A stretch of 64,000 bases of DNA from a virus, in IMG/VR virus record IMGVR_UViG_3300008050_000038, positions 4,268-68,267 of that record; one strand, written 5' to 3'. The position numbers were made by a program, and so were the translations under genes. Shown here piece by piece: positions 28,670 to 41,700 of the stretch; the stretch's first letter is position 1, and every line of letters begins with the position of its first letter. Under the pieces are notes generated by a model. The model had not been told where the DNA came from. It searched no databases and was given only the letters and a program-made list of their open reading frames with translations.

Positions 28670-30268
28670 ATGAGAAATAGAATACTACAAAGATTAGAAG
28701 CTAAAAGAAAAACAAAAAGATTTCAAATGGGGGGCACGCCACTGCCAGGAGGAGAAGTACAACCTATACCAGGATCAGATGCTGTTGAGTTTAACGGACA
28801 AACTCACGATCAAGGAGGAATAATGGTAGACAATATAACTGAAGTAGAAGATGGCGAAACTATGGATCAAGTTACTATGGGTAAAGGAGGTAAAAAGAAA
28901 GATTATTTTTTCTCTTCTTATCTAAAAAAAGGTGGTAGATCTTATGCTGACATGCATAAAAATATTTTAGCAATGGGAGGTGGACAAGAGGATATAGATT
29001 ATTTAGCTAAAATGCAAGAAGCTGCTGCAGGTAGAAATCCTAACAATGTTAAAACAGAATACCAAGAAGGTGGCCCAAGAAATAGTCAAGAAGGAAATAA
29101 ATATCAAGTAGCGTCAGATGCTATATATGGTAGTATTGATGATGAGATGGGTACAGTACCTGACTATCAGCCAGGTTACACTGTAGATGGTGTTCAAATG
29201 TATACTGGAGAAGGAGATACAGACTTTCAAACTAAACTGCAAGACGAAGAGTATAGAAATGCTTGGATGAAAAATGTAGACCCTGAAGTATTAAAGGCGG
29301 CAAATATTGAAAGTTTTGATGATATGGGAGATCCAAAGAATGTAACAGCATACCAAAAGGCTTGGAATGATGCAAACCCAAATAATAAAGTTGTAGTAGA
29401 TGGTAAGTTTGGAGAACAAACATTTAGAACAGCTAAGGTTACTCCAGCTGAAGAAGAAGAAATTATAGAAGAAACTCCAGACACAGAAGAAGATACTACT
29501 ACAGATACAGAAGTTCCTGAAGAAAAAAAGAAAGATTACTCTAGCACTTTACTAGGATTAGGTAGTATGATACCAGCAGTTATGGCATTTAATGATAAAC
29601 CTGATTATATGGAGTCTCCAGATTTACAAGCTCCTGGAATAGTTAAATCAGAAGATGTAGCTAAACAACATTTAGATAGAGTTGATTTTAATGATCAGTT
29701 AGCGCGTAACTCTGCTGATGCAACAGCTATGAATAAATTTATTGACACTTCTGGAGGAGGTCCTGCTAGTATGGCTAACAAAATGGCTATGTACGCTAAA
29801 AAGCAACAAGGAGATAGAGAAATTAAAGCTCAAGAAACTAGAGCTAATACTGCTATAGCTAACGAAGAAGCTAACATGGATAGTGCAAGAAAAGTTAGGA
29901 ATGCTAATGCCGCATTAGATGCTAGTAAATTTAATGTAAAATCTCAAGAAGCAGCTGCTAGTGCAAACACTAGAAACAAAATGTATGTTGACGAGTTTAA
30001 TAGAAGTGCAGATGCTGCAACTAAAGACAGAAGATTAAATGCTGTACAATATGGTATAAATACTCTTGCATCTTTACATAGAGATAAACTTATGTATCAA
30101 GCTAGCGCTGATGTAACTGACGCAATAGATGGGCAAAGAGGAATAATGGATAGGTTTAATAATAGAACAAACAATATAATTCCTTATACTGAAACTACAA
30201 CTACACCTCCAGAAGAAACAACAGCTAAAAGAGGAGGATATAGACAACTTAAAAATTTAAGAAGATAA
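28670..30268 (+). CDS. Ejected cargo protein (crAss cargo C1-like)
   Basis: 532 aa; GQTHDQGGI..EVEDGE motif, a small peptidoglycan-binding-like segment (YQKAWN..VVDGKFGEQT) and a helical C-terminal half; no Cys. Confidence 0.7.
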   Translation: MRNRILQRLEAKRKTKRFQMGGTPLPGGEVQPIPGSDAVEFNGQTHDQGGIMVDNITEVEDGETMDQVTMGKGGKKKDYFFSSYLKKGGRSYADMHKNILAMGGGQEDIDYLAKMQEAAAGRNPNNVKTEYQEGGPRNSQEGNKYQVASDAIYGSIDDEMGTVPDYQPGYTVDGVQMYTGEGDTDFQTKLQDEEYRNAWMKNVDPEVLKAANIESFDDMGDPKNVTAYQKAWNDANPNNKVVVDGKFGEQTFRTAKVTPAEEEEIIEETPDTEEDTTTDTEVPEEKKKDYSSTLLGLGSMIPAVMAFNDKPDYMESPDLQAPGIVKSEDVAKQHLDRVDFNDQLARNSADATAMNKFIDTSGGGPASMANKMAMYAKKQQGDREIKAQETRANTAIANEEANMDSARKVRNANAALDASKFNVKSQEAAASANTRNKMYVDEFNRSADAATKDRRLNAVQYGINTLASLHRDKLMYQASADVTDAIDGQRGIMDRFNNRTNNIIPYTETTTTPPEETTAKRGGYRQLKNLRR

Positions 30269-30269
30269 T

Positions 30270-32714
30270 ATGGCAAATAAATATAGTAGATATGAATTAC
30301 AACCTTTTCCTAGTTTATATGTAGATAATAAACAACCGGAAATTGCTCAGTTATTATCAGATAGATATGATAAAAATAAGCAATCAAAAGATTTAATAGA
30401 TAGAACTTTATCTCAACTAGAACTATTAGAGGGGGATAGAGGACATTTAGAGAGAGTTAAAACAGATGTTAAAACTACACTTAATGATCATATTAAAAAA
30501 GGTGACTGGGAGAACTCTTCGTTAGTAGTTGCAGATGCTGCAATGTTAGTGGAGACAGATGCTGGTTTAATTGCTGCAAATAAGTCTATGAAAAATAGGC
30601 AAGCTGAAATAGCGGCTGTAAGAGAAGCTAAACTAAATGGTATTCCTATGTTAGATTTTGGATCTAATATTAGAAAGACACATCAATCTTATTATTATGA
30701 TGAAGAAACTGGTTCTTATATAACTAATGTATATGAGCCTATGGCAACAAAGCAATTAGACTATAGAACTAGAAAAGAAAAAATGATAGGTAAGATACCT
30801 GCTAGCCAATATAATGCTATGATGGCTGGTATAAGTAGAGGTCAAACTAATAAAACTGCTAGTCTTGTTGTTGATCAGTATATCCAAGATACTGCAGAAG
30901 GGCAACAAGAATATAGAAAAATAATGGAATTGGAATTACCACAATCATTACCATTAGAAGAAAGATCTAAATTAGCTAAAGCTCAAATACTACAAGACTT
31001 TAGAGAAGTTGCAAGGCAACAAGAATACAATAAAAATAGTGCTGTACCAGGTCAAGGTCAAGGCGGAAATGGTATAGCTCCTGGTATAACTATAACATCT
31101 AGTCAAGATAGTAAGATTGTAACTGGATTTGATAAAGCTGATGATAAGATTAGTAAGATGAATAAAACTAACATTGTTTTACTAAAGCACTTAGAAAACG
31201 CAACAAGTGAAGAAGAGAAAGAGAATTATCGTTTACAAATAGCAAACAATAATAAACTTTTAGATTCAAGTCTTAAAAAACTTGCTAACTCTAGTGAGGA
31301 AGGTAAAAAAGCTTATGAGGACTATTTAACACTAACAGATAGATTTAGAGATTTAGGTGAAGATGGGGAGGTTCTTTTAGCAGCTACTCAATACTTAACA
31401 TTAGATACTAATGATACAGATACAAGTTGGGGTGATCTTGCACTTGCAACTGCAGCTGGCGCTGCTTCTGGTGGAACACTTGGAGCAGGACTAACATGGT
31501 GGTCAGGACCAGGAGCTGCATTTGGAGCGGGAGCAGGAGCAATTGGTGGAGGAATAATTGGGTTTTTTGGCGCTTTATTTGGTGAAACAACTAAACTACG
31601 TAATGTAAGAGATTGGCACAGAACTCAAGGAAAGAATGAGTATGGAGGACCTACTTTAGGTATACCATTTGTAGATGATGAAAGAGAGCAATTAGCGGAT
31701 GAGTTATATGGAGGAGAAAATCCTAACAATCCTGCTATACTTGGAGGTCCTACTATTAAACATTTAAATAATCAACTAGGAACTAATTTTTCAGAAGATC
31801 AATTAGAAGAAGTTATGGGGCTGACAAATTCTTATTATACTTTTATGGTTGATGATAAAAGCGTAGATGGAGAAGGTAATAAAACTAAAAGACTTAGTGG
31901 GGATAACTTATTTAAAGGAGTCAATGAAAATGACTTTACAGTTAATCAAAAAACTATGTCTTATGATATGAGTGATAAGGGTAAATCGAAAAGAAATAAT
32001 GCAAATGCTTTTATTCAAGAAAATGTAAATTTAAAAAATGGAGGTATACAGTTTGAAGGTATGAATACTAACACTAATGAATTTGATAAGTGGATAAATG
32101 GCGATATAGATGAAGGAGGTATTGGAGGAGTAGATAATTTAACAATTAGAGGTGTAATGTTACCAGATATTACAAATAATGCCCCATTAAGAATAACATT
32201 TGGATCACAAAAAGATGGTACTAGAGCATCTGATAGAACTGCTTATATCACAGATCCAACAATGTTACAGCCAGGAGGATGGGTTCATGATTTACTTAAA
32301 AAGCATTATGGCAGAGTTGATGCTGCATATGAAGAGAAAATAAGAATAGATTATGATAGAAGAGGTTATGGTAATGTAACTTTAGACGATTATACTCTAA
32401 ATTTAGCAGAGAAAAAAGTAATTATAAACGGAGGAACACAGGAAGATGTGTTGAGGTATAAGAGGGCACAAGAAGATTATACAATAAAAGCTATGCTAGT
32501 ACAGCCAGAAACCTTTAACTTTGAGCATTATAAAAAAGGACCAAATGGAGAGCTTGGATTAATAACAAATAACGGATTTATTCCTTTTCAATTAAATGGT
32601 ACCTTTAATGAAGCTGCATGGACTGAGTTAAGTAATAGACCTCAAGAATTACAAGGTTTAAGAAATACAATGTTGAATACAAGCTTACAAGACTTTACCA
32701 ATCTAGGAATATAA
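30270..32714 (+). CDS. Ejected cargo protein with central glycine-rich TM hairpin
   Basis: 814 aa; MANKYSRY...YVD N-terminus and GAASGGTLGAGLTWWSGPGAAFGAGAGAIGGGIIGFFGALF; no Cys. Confidence 0.7.
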   Translation: MANKYSRYELQPFPSLYVDNKQPEIAQLLSDRYDKNKQSKDLIDRTLSQLELLEGDRGHLERVKTDVKTTLNDHIKKGDWENSSLVVADAAMLVETDAGLIAANKSMKNRQAEIAAVREAKLNGIPMLDFGSNIRKTHQSYYYDEETGSYITNVYEPMATKQLDYRTRKEKMIGKIPASQYNAMMAGISRGQTNKTASLVVDQYIQDTAEGQQEYRKIMELELPQSLPLEERSKLAKAQILQDFREVARQQEYNKNSAVPGQGQGGNGIAPGITITSSQDSKIVTGFDKADDKISKMNKTNIVLLKHLENATSEEEKENYRLQIANNNKLLDSSLKKLANSSEEGKKAYEDYLTLTDRFRDLGEDGEVLLAATQYLTLDTNDTDTSWGDLALATAAGAASGGTLGAGLTWWSGPGAAFGAGAGAIGGGIIGFFGALFGETTKLRNVRDWHRTQGKNEYGGPTLGIPFVDDEREQLADELYGGENPNNPAILGGPTIKHLNNQLGTNFSEDQLEEVMGLTNSYYTFMVDDKSVDGEGNKTKRLSGDNLFKGVNENDFTVNQKTMSYDMSDKGKSKRNNANAFIQENVNLKNGGIQFEGMNTNTNEFDKWINGDIDEGGIGGVDNLTIRGVMLPDITNNAPLRITFGSQKDGTRASDRTAYITDPTMLQPGGWVHDLLKKHYGRVDAAYEEKIRIDYDRRGYGNVTLDDYTLNLAEKKVIINGGTQEDVLRYKRAQEDYTIKAMLVQPETFNFEHYKKGPNGELGLITNNGFIPFQLNGTFNEAAWTELSNRPQELQGLRNTMLNTSLQDFTNLGI

Positions 32715-32724
32715 TAAAACCAAT

Positions 32725-35700
32725 ATGATAGACAAAAAACAGAACGGAGGTTTAGAAGATGATAATCAAGATTTAATCCAACCATCAGGAGATCAGACTT
32801 TAAATAGTAATAACTTAATTAACACTGTAGAAAATAATAAGCCTTTAGAGATTTCAGGTTTAGCCGGTATAGATATATTAAGATCTTTACAAAATGAAGG
32901 ATATGATCCTGCAGGAGCTACTACACATACAATAAATAAAGATGATTTTAGTGAGTATAAAAGACTTATAGATGGTCCGTTTAGTTTAACTGATAATAGT
33001 ATAGATGATAAAAGAGCTGAAGGTCAAGGCTTTGGAGAGAAAGCTGCTCATGGTCTTCTTAAGCTTTTTCCTAAAACCGCATCACATGTACTAGGTTCTA
33101 CTGTAGGGTTGTTAGATGGGTTTGCAGAAGTAGCAAAAGATGCTTATAACAATGGTATTGCAGCATCTAATTGGAATAAATTTTTTAATAATGATTTCCA
33201 AAGATCTTTAGATGACTTTAATAAAGCTGTAGACGATAAACTTCCGCATTACTATACCTCTCAAGAAGCAGATCTTAGCTTTGCTCAATCTGTATTTGGT
33301 AAAGGTGCTGCTAATTTTTGGACTAACGATTTTTCACAAGGACTTTCTTTTGTAGCTGGTGCTGTATTGTCTGAACTAGCTACAGCAGGTACTGCTAGAT
33401 ATTTAATGCCAGCTAAAGCAGCTGCTAAATTAAAAGGTATAGCAGCAATAAGATCTACTAGCTATGGTCAGAAAGCTATACAAGCTAGTAAAAATTTACA
33501 AAAAATAAATAAAGCTGAAAAAATTTACGCCGGGTTAACAACAGGAAGAAGAATAATGACCGGTGCATTTTATGAGTCTGGAGTAGAAGCTAGACATAAC
33601 TATGATGCTGTAGTAGATAAACTTAATCAATTGCATGCAGAAAGAGGGTTAGGAGAACCTACAGCAGAAGAACAAGCAAAAATTAAAGACATCGCAGTTA
33701 AAGTTTCTAACGGTGTATTTGCAGGTAATGCGGCTTTAGTTGGTTATAGTAATTTTTTAATGTTCCCTAAAATATTTGGTAGCGGTTTAATTAAAAATAA
33801 AAAATTTAAAAATAAAATAACTCAAGGAGCAGACGGAAAATACAAAGCTAAACATAAAGACTTTGGTAGAATGCGAAACTTTATAGACAACAAATATTCT
33901 TTTGTTGCAAAAAGAATGGCATATGAAGGTCTTGTAGAAGAAGGAGGTCAGAAAACATTAGACATTTCAGGGCAGTATGCTGCAGAAGACATGTATTTTA
34001 ATCAGAAAAATCCTGGTCAAATGCAAGCTATTGGTGAGATAATGAACCATACGTCTGATGGTATGGCTAAAGCTTATGGTAGTGTTGAAGGACAAAAAGA
34101 AATATTTTTAGGAGCAGTTTTAGCAGGATTAGGATTACCTAGTTTTATACATACAAATGAAAAAGGAGAAAAGTCTTTTAAAATAGGGTATGGTAAATCA
34201 GGTGGTTTCCTTGATTTTATGAACCAATACTCAGAAGGTAGAAAAGAAGTTGAAGACGTAGTTGACTACATGAATAACAACCCAGATGCTTTAGCAGGTA
34301 TCAAAAATAATTTTGATATGCTTATGGGCATTAAAACTGCAGACGACCAAAGAGATTATGCAGATGCAACTAATAATGACTTTGCTTACAAGAATGCAGA
34401 TCATGATGCATTTTTTGCTTTTGTACATAGTAGACTACAAGGAGGATATTTTGGGGATGTGCTAGATAGTTTAGAAGACATGAGAGGTATGGATCTTGAT
34501 TCTTTTGAAGCTATGTTTAACTATGAAGAACAAACTCAAGACATGTCTAAAACAGAAAGAGAGGCATTCTTAAGTGAGAGAAGAAACAAAGTTATTGATA
34601 CTCATATAGAAAGAGCAAATAAAATTAAAGAAATACATGAGTCTTTAGATAATACTAGAATAAGTCCTGCAGCTAAAAAAACAATAGCGCAAGCTTTATC
34701 TAGCACTGCAGATCTAGACTCAAGAGAACAAAAACTTATTAGTGAGCTGGAAGAAACAGGAGGATTTGCTTTAACTGCTATTACAGATAAAGAAGAAAAC
34801 GACAGATTTTCTAATGATAGTATTTTTACTAAGCTAAAAAACTTTACTATGAAAAAGCTAGGGCTTAAAGGTAAAGATGTAATGGAAAACTCTGAAGTTG
34901 GTAAAGAAATTAAAAGAGAATTAGGTATAAAAGAATTTACAAAGCCTGGACACCCATATTTAGTATGGCAAAGAATGGTTCAAAAACTACAAAGTCTTAA
35001 AAAGCAGCAAGATGCTTATGAACAAGATGACAATGTAGAAGGTTACGTAGAAGTAGGAGACCAAATAGAAAAATTAGAAGATGAGATTGCAGAATTAACA
35101 TCTGCAATAGATAATCAAACTGCACCAGATATATCATCAGAAGAACAACAAATACTTGATGAGTATAAAAAAAGAGATCCTGCAGGGTATGAGCTTAATA
35201 AAGATGAAATGATTAAAAAGCTTCAGGACCTTAGAAGGATTAGAGCTAAGAGACATCAAATGTTAAATCTTGTACAACAACTGTTAGACCCAATTGCAGC
35301 TAACGATAAGATACAACAAATGGAAGAGGTTGTACAAGACATTTTAACTGAAGAAGAAAGAAAAAGTTTACCACCAGAAGAACAACGTTTAGCTAGAAAG
35401 TATAAAGGTAAGATTGTTGAGTTTGAATATACAGATAAAAATGGAAACACTAGAACACACAGAGTACTTGTAAAAGATTCTGAGAATATAGTTAAACTTC
35501 CTAATGAAGAAACTTTTAGATTACTACAGAGAAAGAATGATTTGCTTAAGAAAGGAGCGTTGACAGAAGATGAAAAAGCTGAATTAGAATTACTAGAAGA
35601 AGAATTAAAAAAGCCGGAGCACGTAACACAGTATGATAATTCGTTAAGCATTGGAGTGTTTAAAAAAGCTACTAATGTAAAAATTCTAAGTGAAGAAGAT

Positions 35701-38700
35701 TTAGTACTTAAGCAGCTGCAGTCTGTAACGCAAGTACTGCAAGATCAGCTAGCAGAAAAACTATCAGAAGCAACAAAAGCTATAGAAGAATCTAAACAAG
35801 AGCTTATAGATATAACTTTACAGATTAAAGATATAAAAGTAGCTATAAGAAATGCTAAAACTAATAAGAAAGGTGAGTTAAGAGTTAACTTAAACTCTAT
35901 AGGTAGAGGAACTCAGAATAAAGTAGAGACTGCTTATCAGCTGTTACAAAACCTAAAAGCAAAAGAACAAGCTTATAAAGCATTACTAGTTAAGTTTAAT
36001 GAAGATGTAGCTACATTAAATGACAATGCATTAAGAATGCAAGTTATACACACTACTATTACAAACCCAGAGACAGTTGCTGGTATACTAGGAAAGTCTA
36101 GTTCTAAGCAAGAAGTTTTTGAAGCTGTTACTGAACTGTTAGGATTAACTTCTATGGAAGAGTTTTATAAAAATCTTGGGGATCAAGGATTCTTTGATAC
36201 AAATGCACTAACTGCTTTAGCCGGTCAAAAGAATAAAGACGGAGGATATGATGTTGATAATCAATTACTTCAAGAAATATTAGGATTAGCTTCTAGTAAT
36301 ATAAGTAAAGATTATTTAGATTTGATGAATACTGATTTAGAACACTTTAGAAGTGAATTGATTCTTTTAACTAAACATAGAGAAGATGTAGAAAGAATGC
36401 TTAGTAGAATGGTTACTCCTGATGGACAATCTGTTATGTTTCCTCCTGATGGTTTAGGCCCTAAAGATTTAGAATATCTTAGTAGAGAGCTTAGAATGGT
36501 AGATCAAGACATAAAAACTTTAGAAGGCATTGTTAGTATGATGGAAGCTGAGACTGAACAAAACCTTTTAGATGCAACTAATAGCGAGCTAATACAAGAA
36601 AGACTAAAAGCTATACAAACACAAAAAGAAATTAATGATGTGTTTATAGAATATGAAAATTTCTTAATGTCTGTTTTATCAGAGCCTGCAGAAGAAGCTG
36701 AATTAGAAGAAGGAGAGACACTACCTGAACAACTTGATATAGAAAGTCAAAGAGATAATTCTCCTAGCTTAGAGAGCGTAGGATGGACTAAGACTGCAGG
36801 TAACCATGGTGCGTCTTTAGCTAAATGGGAACAAAAATATAAACAGTTAGTATCTCAAGGAGATAAACTAACTGAAGCAGAGCAAATGGAATTACAACAT
36901 GTTGAGTCTCAGTTAAGGTTCTTTAGAAAATCATATGAAATATTTGACTTTAGTAAAAAGACAGGTGCTAGACTTAAAATTGTAACTAGATATAATATTA
37001 GCGATGATCTAAAAGATAAAATTGTTTTTTATGATATAGCTAAAGCAAAGAAATCAGGTAGATTTGATGACCCTTCTAACTATCAATACTCAGACAACTT
37101 AACTGAAAATCCAAATAGAGATGAAACTTTAGAAAATATAAAACTATTATTAGTAGATGCTACTGGTCAACCTATATTACTAGATGGTGGCCTTGTATAT
37201 ACTGATATGAATAGTTCTGATATGGTTAACTCTCAAGGTAGATTTAAAGGACAGCCTTCAGATCTAGATAAAGATGGTAACTTAAGAGAGGATTTAGGAT
37301 TAGATGTAGCACAACAAGATTTTATTGCTGAAAGAAATAAGATACTATCAGACAATCAAGAAAGATTCTTTTTTATTACTAAGAAAAGTAGAGGTGTTGC
37401 TATAAAAACTGAAGAAGGATTGCAACCTGGGCTAGGAAGATTAGAAGTTAAGAAAGGAAAAGGTAACTCAGGAGTAAGACCGGCTAAAGAAGAAGACTTA
37501 AAAGACATGCCTCTTACTATAGCGCTACCTAACGCAGGACAAAAAGGTGCAGACCAACAAGTTAATCTATTTGGATTTAAAGTAACTAGTAGGTTTGCTT
37601 ACTTTGGTACACCTACTCGAGGTCACATGGGTACAAACAATTTAATACCTGCACAGATTTCTAGGTTAAGTGAAAACCAAGTAAATAACATATATAACCT
37701 ATCTAGATACTTTGCTGAGAATGATAAAGGAGGTATTAATATAGGAGGTAAAGGATTTACAACTATACTTAAAGAACAAATAATGTATGGTGATAGATCT
37801 AAACAGAGAGAAAGACAAGAGTTTTCTATATATATGAAAGATGATGCTATATTCTTTGGTGATCAAGGAAAGAGCATAAGCATGGAACAACTAAAAGATC
37901 CAAACAAATTCTCTGATATACATGAAGAGTACAAAGGATTTTTAAGAACTTTATATTTTAATATTCTTTCCCCTGCTTTAGCTACAGATCAAAAAGCTAG
38001 AGTAGAAGCTGGAAAGAAAGGGAGAAAGACTGGAACGTACGTAGCTCCAGACTATACAAAATTTAATGAGGTTATAGTAAATGATGATTTAAGTACAGAA
38101 GTTAAAGAGTGGGATAACTACACTCATTATTTATTATCTGATGTAGGTAGAGATGTTGCAGATGTACCTGTAAAAGTAGATTTACCTTTAGCAACTAGCC
38201 CTAAAGTAGATCAAAGATATACTCCACAATATAAGAATGTATATCTTGAGCACAGTTCACAATCATTTACAAATGAAGGTATAGAAAATGATAAGAATGA
38301 TTCAAATAGAACTGTAGATAGAACAGAAGACCCTGTAGTAGACACTACTAAAGAAGAAGATATATATGAAGAAAGAGTTGTAGTTAATACTAAAACAGGA
38401 GAAAGAAAAACCATAATAGTTAAAGTAGCTAGTGATGAAGAAAAAGCTATAATAGAAGGAGAGGAATCAAAAGCCGCACAAGAAGAAACACCAGACACTT
38501 TAGAAGATAGTCCGTTTTCTCAATCATCAATGGATGATGAGTTTGATGAGCCTTTCTTTTTATCTAACATGGAACAACCTTCTAATAATATAGATTTAAA
38601 TCAAGAGTTAGAATGGTTTAACGCTAATATGCCTAAAGATTCTAATGGAAACTTTTTAGTAGGAATTGATATGATAAAAGGATTGATAGATGGTAAAGCT

Positions 38701-41700
38701 TTTGGTAAGTTTACTAAGGATGGTAATATATTATTATCAGACTTATTAAATACCCCGGGTATAGTATACCATGAATCTTGGCACGCAATTACTAGAAGAT
38801 TTATATCTCCAGAACAAAGGTATGCACTATATGATGAGGTAAGAGGTATGAGAGGATCTACTCAAACCTTTAAAGGAGAAACTAAAAAAATGTCTCAGCT
38901 AACAGATAAAGAAGCAGATGAATGGTTAGCGGAAGAGTTTAGAGAATATGCATTATCAAATGGAACTCATAAAGTAGGTAGTAATATACAAAAAAGTATA
39001 TTTGATAAAATACTAGCTTTATTAGATTTCTTTATTAATAATAAATCTCAAGCACAAGAGTTAATGTCTAGAATAAATTCAGGATACTTTAGTAACCCTA
39101 CTAACGAAGTAACTATATATGATTCTAAAACCGAAGCTTACTTTGAAGGCACTAAGTTAACTGCTACTATGCGTAATAACGTTATGGAAGGTATGACAGT
39201 TTTGTTATTTAGTAAAGCATTAAAACCGGGTAGCGGCGTATTTACTTTAGCAGATTTTGTTAATCCAAAGAAAACTGAGGCAAGAAATAATGCTGTTAGA
39301 AGTTTATATGGAGATACAACAACAAAAGGAACTGTATACTCACAAATACATCTTTACCTAAAAACAGCTAGAGATAACGCTACTACGCAAGAAGAAAAAG
39401 ATAATCTTACTAATACTATGAGGGCTATATATGATAACTGGACCCAATTGCAACAAGAGCATGCAAAATATTTAGAAAGATTTACTATAAACGTTACAGA
39501 AGAAGCAGAAGAATTAGAAAGAATAAGAGAACAATTTGGTAAACCACAAAACGAAATAGACCCTAGTGTATATTTACCAAAAGCAGTAAGGTTATTATTA
39601 GCTACATTACCTAAAAGTAAAAATGGAAAATTTGTACTTAACGAAAGCGGACTCCCTAAACTAGTAGAGTTTGGTAGTATAATGAATTTTATGTATAAAG
39701 AATTTGCTAATACTAATCCATTAGATTTTAGAAAAAACTTAATAAGATTAGAATCAAAAAGACCTGAAGTAAAACTTATAAAAAATAGATTAGGGCTGCA
39801 GTCTGATGATCTAACATCAAAAACTCCAGATCAAATTAGATTAATAGTTCAAGCTATGATGCAGTTTGATCAATCTAACAATACATTCTATACTCAACTT
39901 ATGACAAGAGATGGAGGTAGAAGACTTATTGATAGTAATCAAAATAGAGTAGAAGATAAGATAAAGTTAAACTGGACTAATAACTTTAAAGAAAACATAC
40001 AAAGCAACAAGTCTTTAGGTAAAGATGTAAACGGAGAGTTAATAATTAATAAAAATGCTAAAGTAAAAATAGGTAGAAAGAAAAAAACATTTGCTGAGTG
40101 GGCCCTTGAAGACAAAACACCTCAAGAAGCTTTAATAGTACTAGATCAATTAGGAATTACATTTACAAAACCTGATGTATTTTCAGAGCTGTATGCAGCA
40201 GATGAAAACATAAAACAAGCTGTTAATTATATATTACAATCTGTATATAATGAACCAGTAAGTAATATATTTAAAGGAGACATACAAGCTAACTTAAGAA
40301 CATTAGTAGAGCTAGAAGCAGCTACTAATCCTACAACGGTAGACTTACAACACAGGAGTCCTGATGGTAAAACAATACATGGTGTTAATTTAAAAACTTA
40401 TGCAGATGTATTAATTTCTGACATAACAAAAATTGGGCCTACTGGGGAGTCTATAGTAAATATTGAAAAAGTAGCAAACTTATTAAAGTATGATAACTTA
40501 GCTAATTCAGTTTATTTAAAATCTATGTTAGAAAATCCTGCTACACCTTTACAAGTTGTAATACTTCAGGGTATAGATCAAAATTTTGGTAGAGGTAAAT
40601 CATTATCTAAAGGATCTCCAGTAGATATTGGAGTAATGATGGTAAACTCTTTGTTAAGTAAAGGTATAATGCCAATACTTAGAACAGCTGATAAGAAAAC
40701 AGAGTTTGGTATTCAGTATGCTACTCCTAGTTTAAATCTAACTAAAGAAGCTATGATAGAAAGATTAAAAGGATATTTAGCAGATGAGCTTAGAGTTGCT
40801 TCTAAATTTAATAGTAAAAGAAAATCTATATTACATAGAGTATCTAAACTAAAAGACAGTGGAGGTAACTTAAGATTTTTCCAAGGACTAGTTCCATCTC
40901 TAGCTAGAAAAACATATGGTAAATATTTATCAGAAGAACAGATTGCTGAAATAGTTAATAGAGAAAGCGTAGCAAATGATCTTTCTACATTCTTAGATAA
41001 TCAAGTAGAATCTACTATGAGCACGCTAAGCACTTATAACATAGCTACAGCTGGAATAGATTCTAATCTACTAGATAGAGCAACGGTAGTATCTGTAGAT
41101 AGACCGGGTGTTACTCCTAACCAAGTAATAGGTGAACAATTTACCTATGAGTATATGACAGGAGTAAATGAGCAAGGAAAATTATTATTAGGTGACTTTG
41201 CTTTATATACAGATTTATTTAAAAGAACATCTGGTATTAGCGGTACCAAAGCTTATCCAACATCTGATCCTAATATTTTAGATTGGATGAATACTAATGT
41301 GCCAAACTTATTATCTAATAAAGAGCATACTCCTAATTTAAGAGTTTCACATAGAGCTGCAATTAAAACAGAAGCTCCTTATTTAGAGCAGTATATGGCT
41401 ACCTTAGACTTAATGGGTATGAGCACAGACTTTATGAATAACGTTAATGATGTATACTCTAACATGGAAGAATTTGATGGAGGTGGATTTATAACATTAG
41501 ATGCATATAGAAGTTTATTATATAGAACCGGTAAGTGGACTCCAGCACAAGAAGACTTCTATCAAAAATTAGTTAACAAGGAAGATTTTACAACAGAAGA
41601 TGTAGCATTATTACCTCCAATAAAACCACAATTGTTTGGACCTTTTATTGCTGAGAATTCTAGACTAATGACTTTCCATAAGTTTGCATTATTTCCACTA

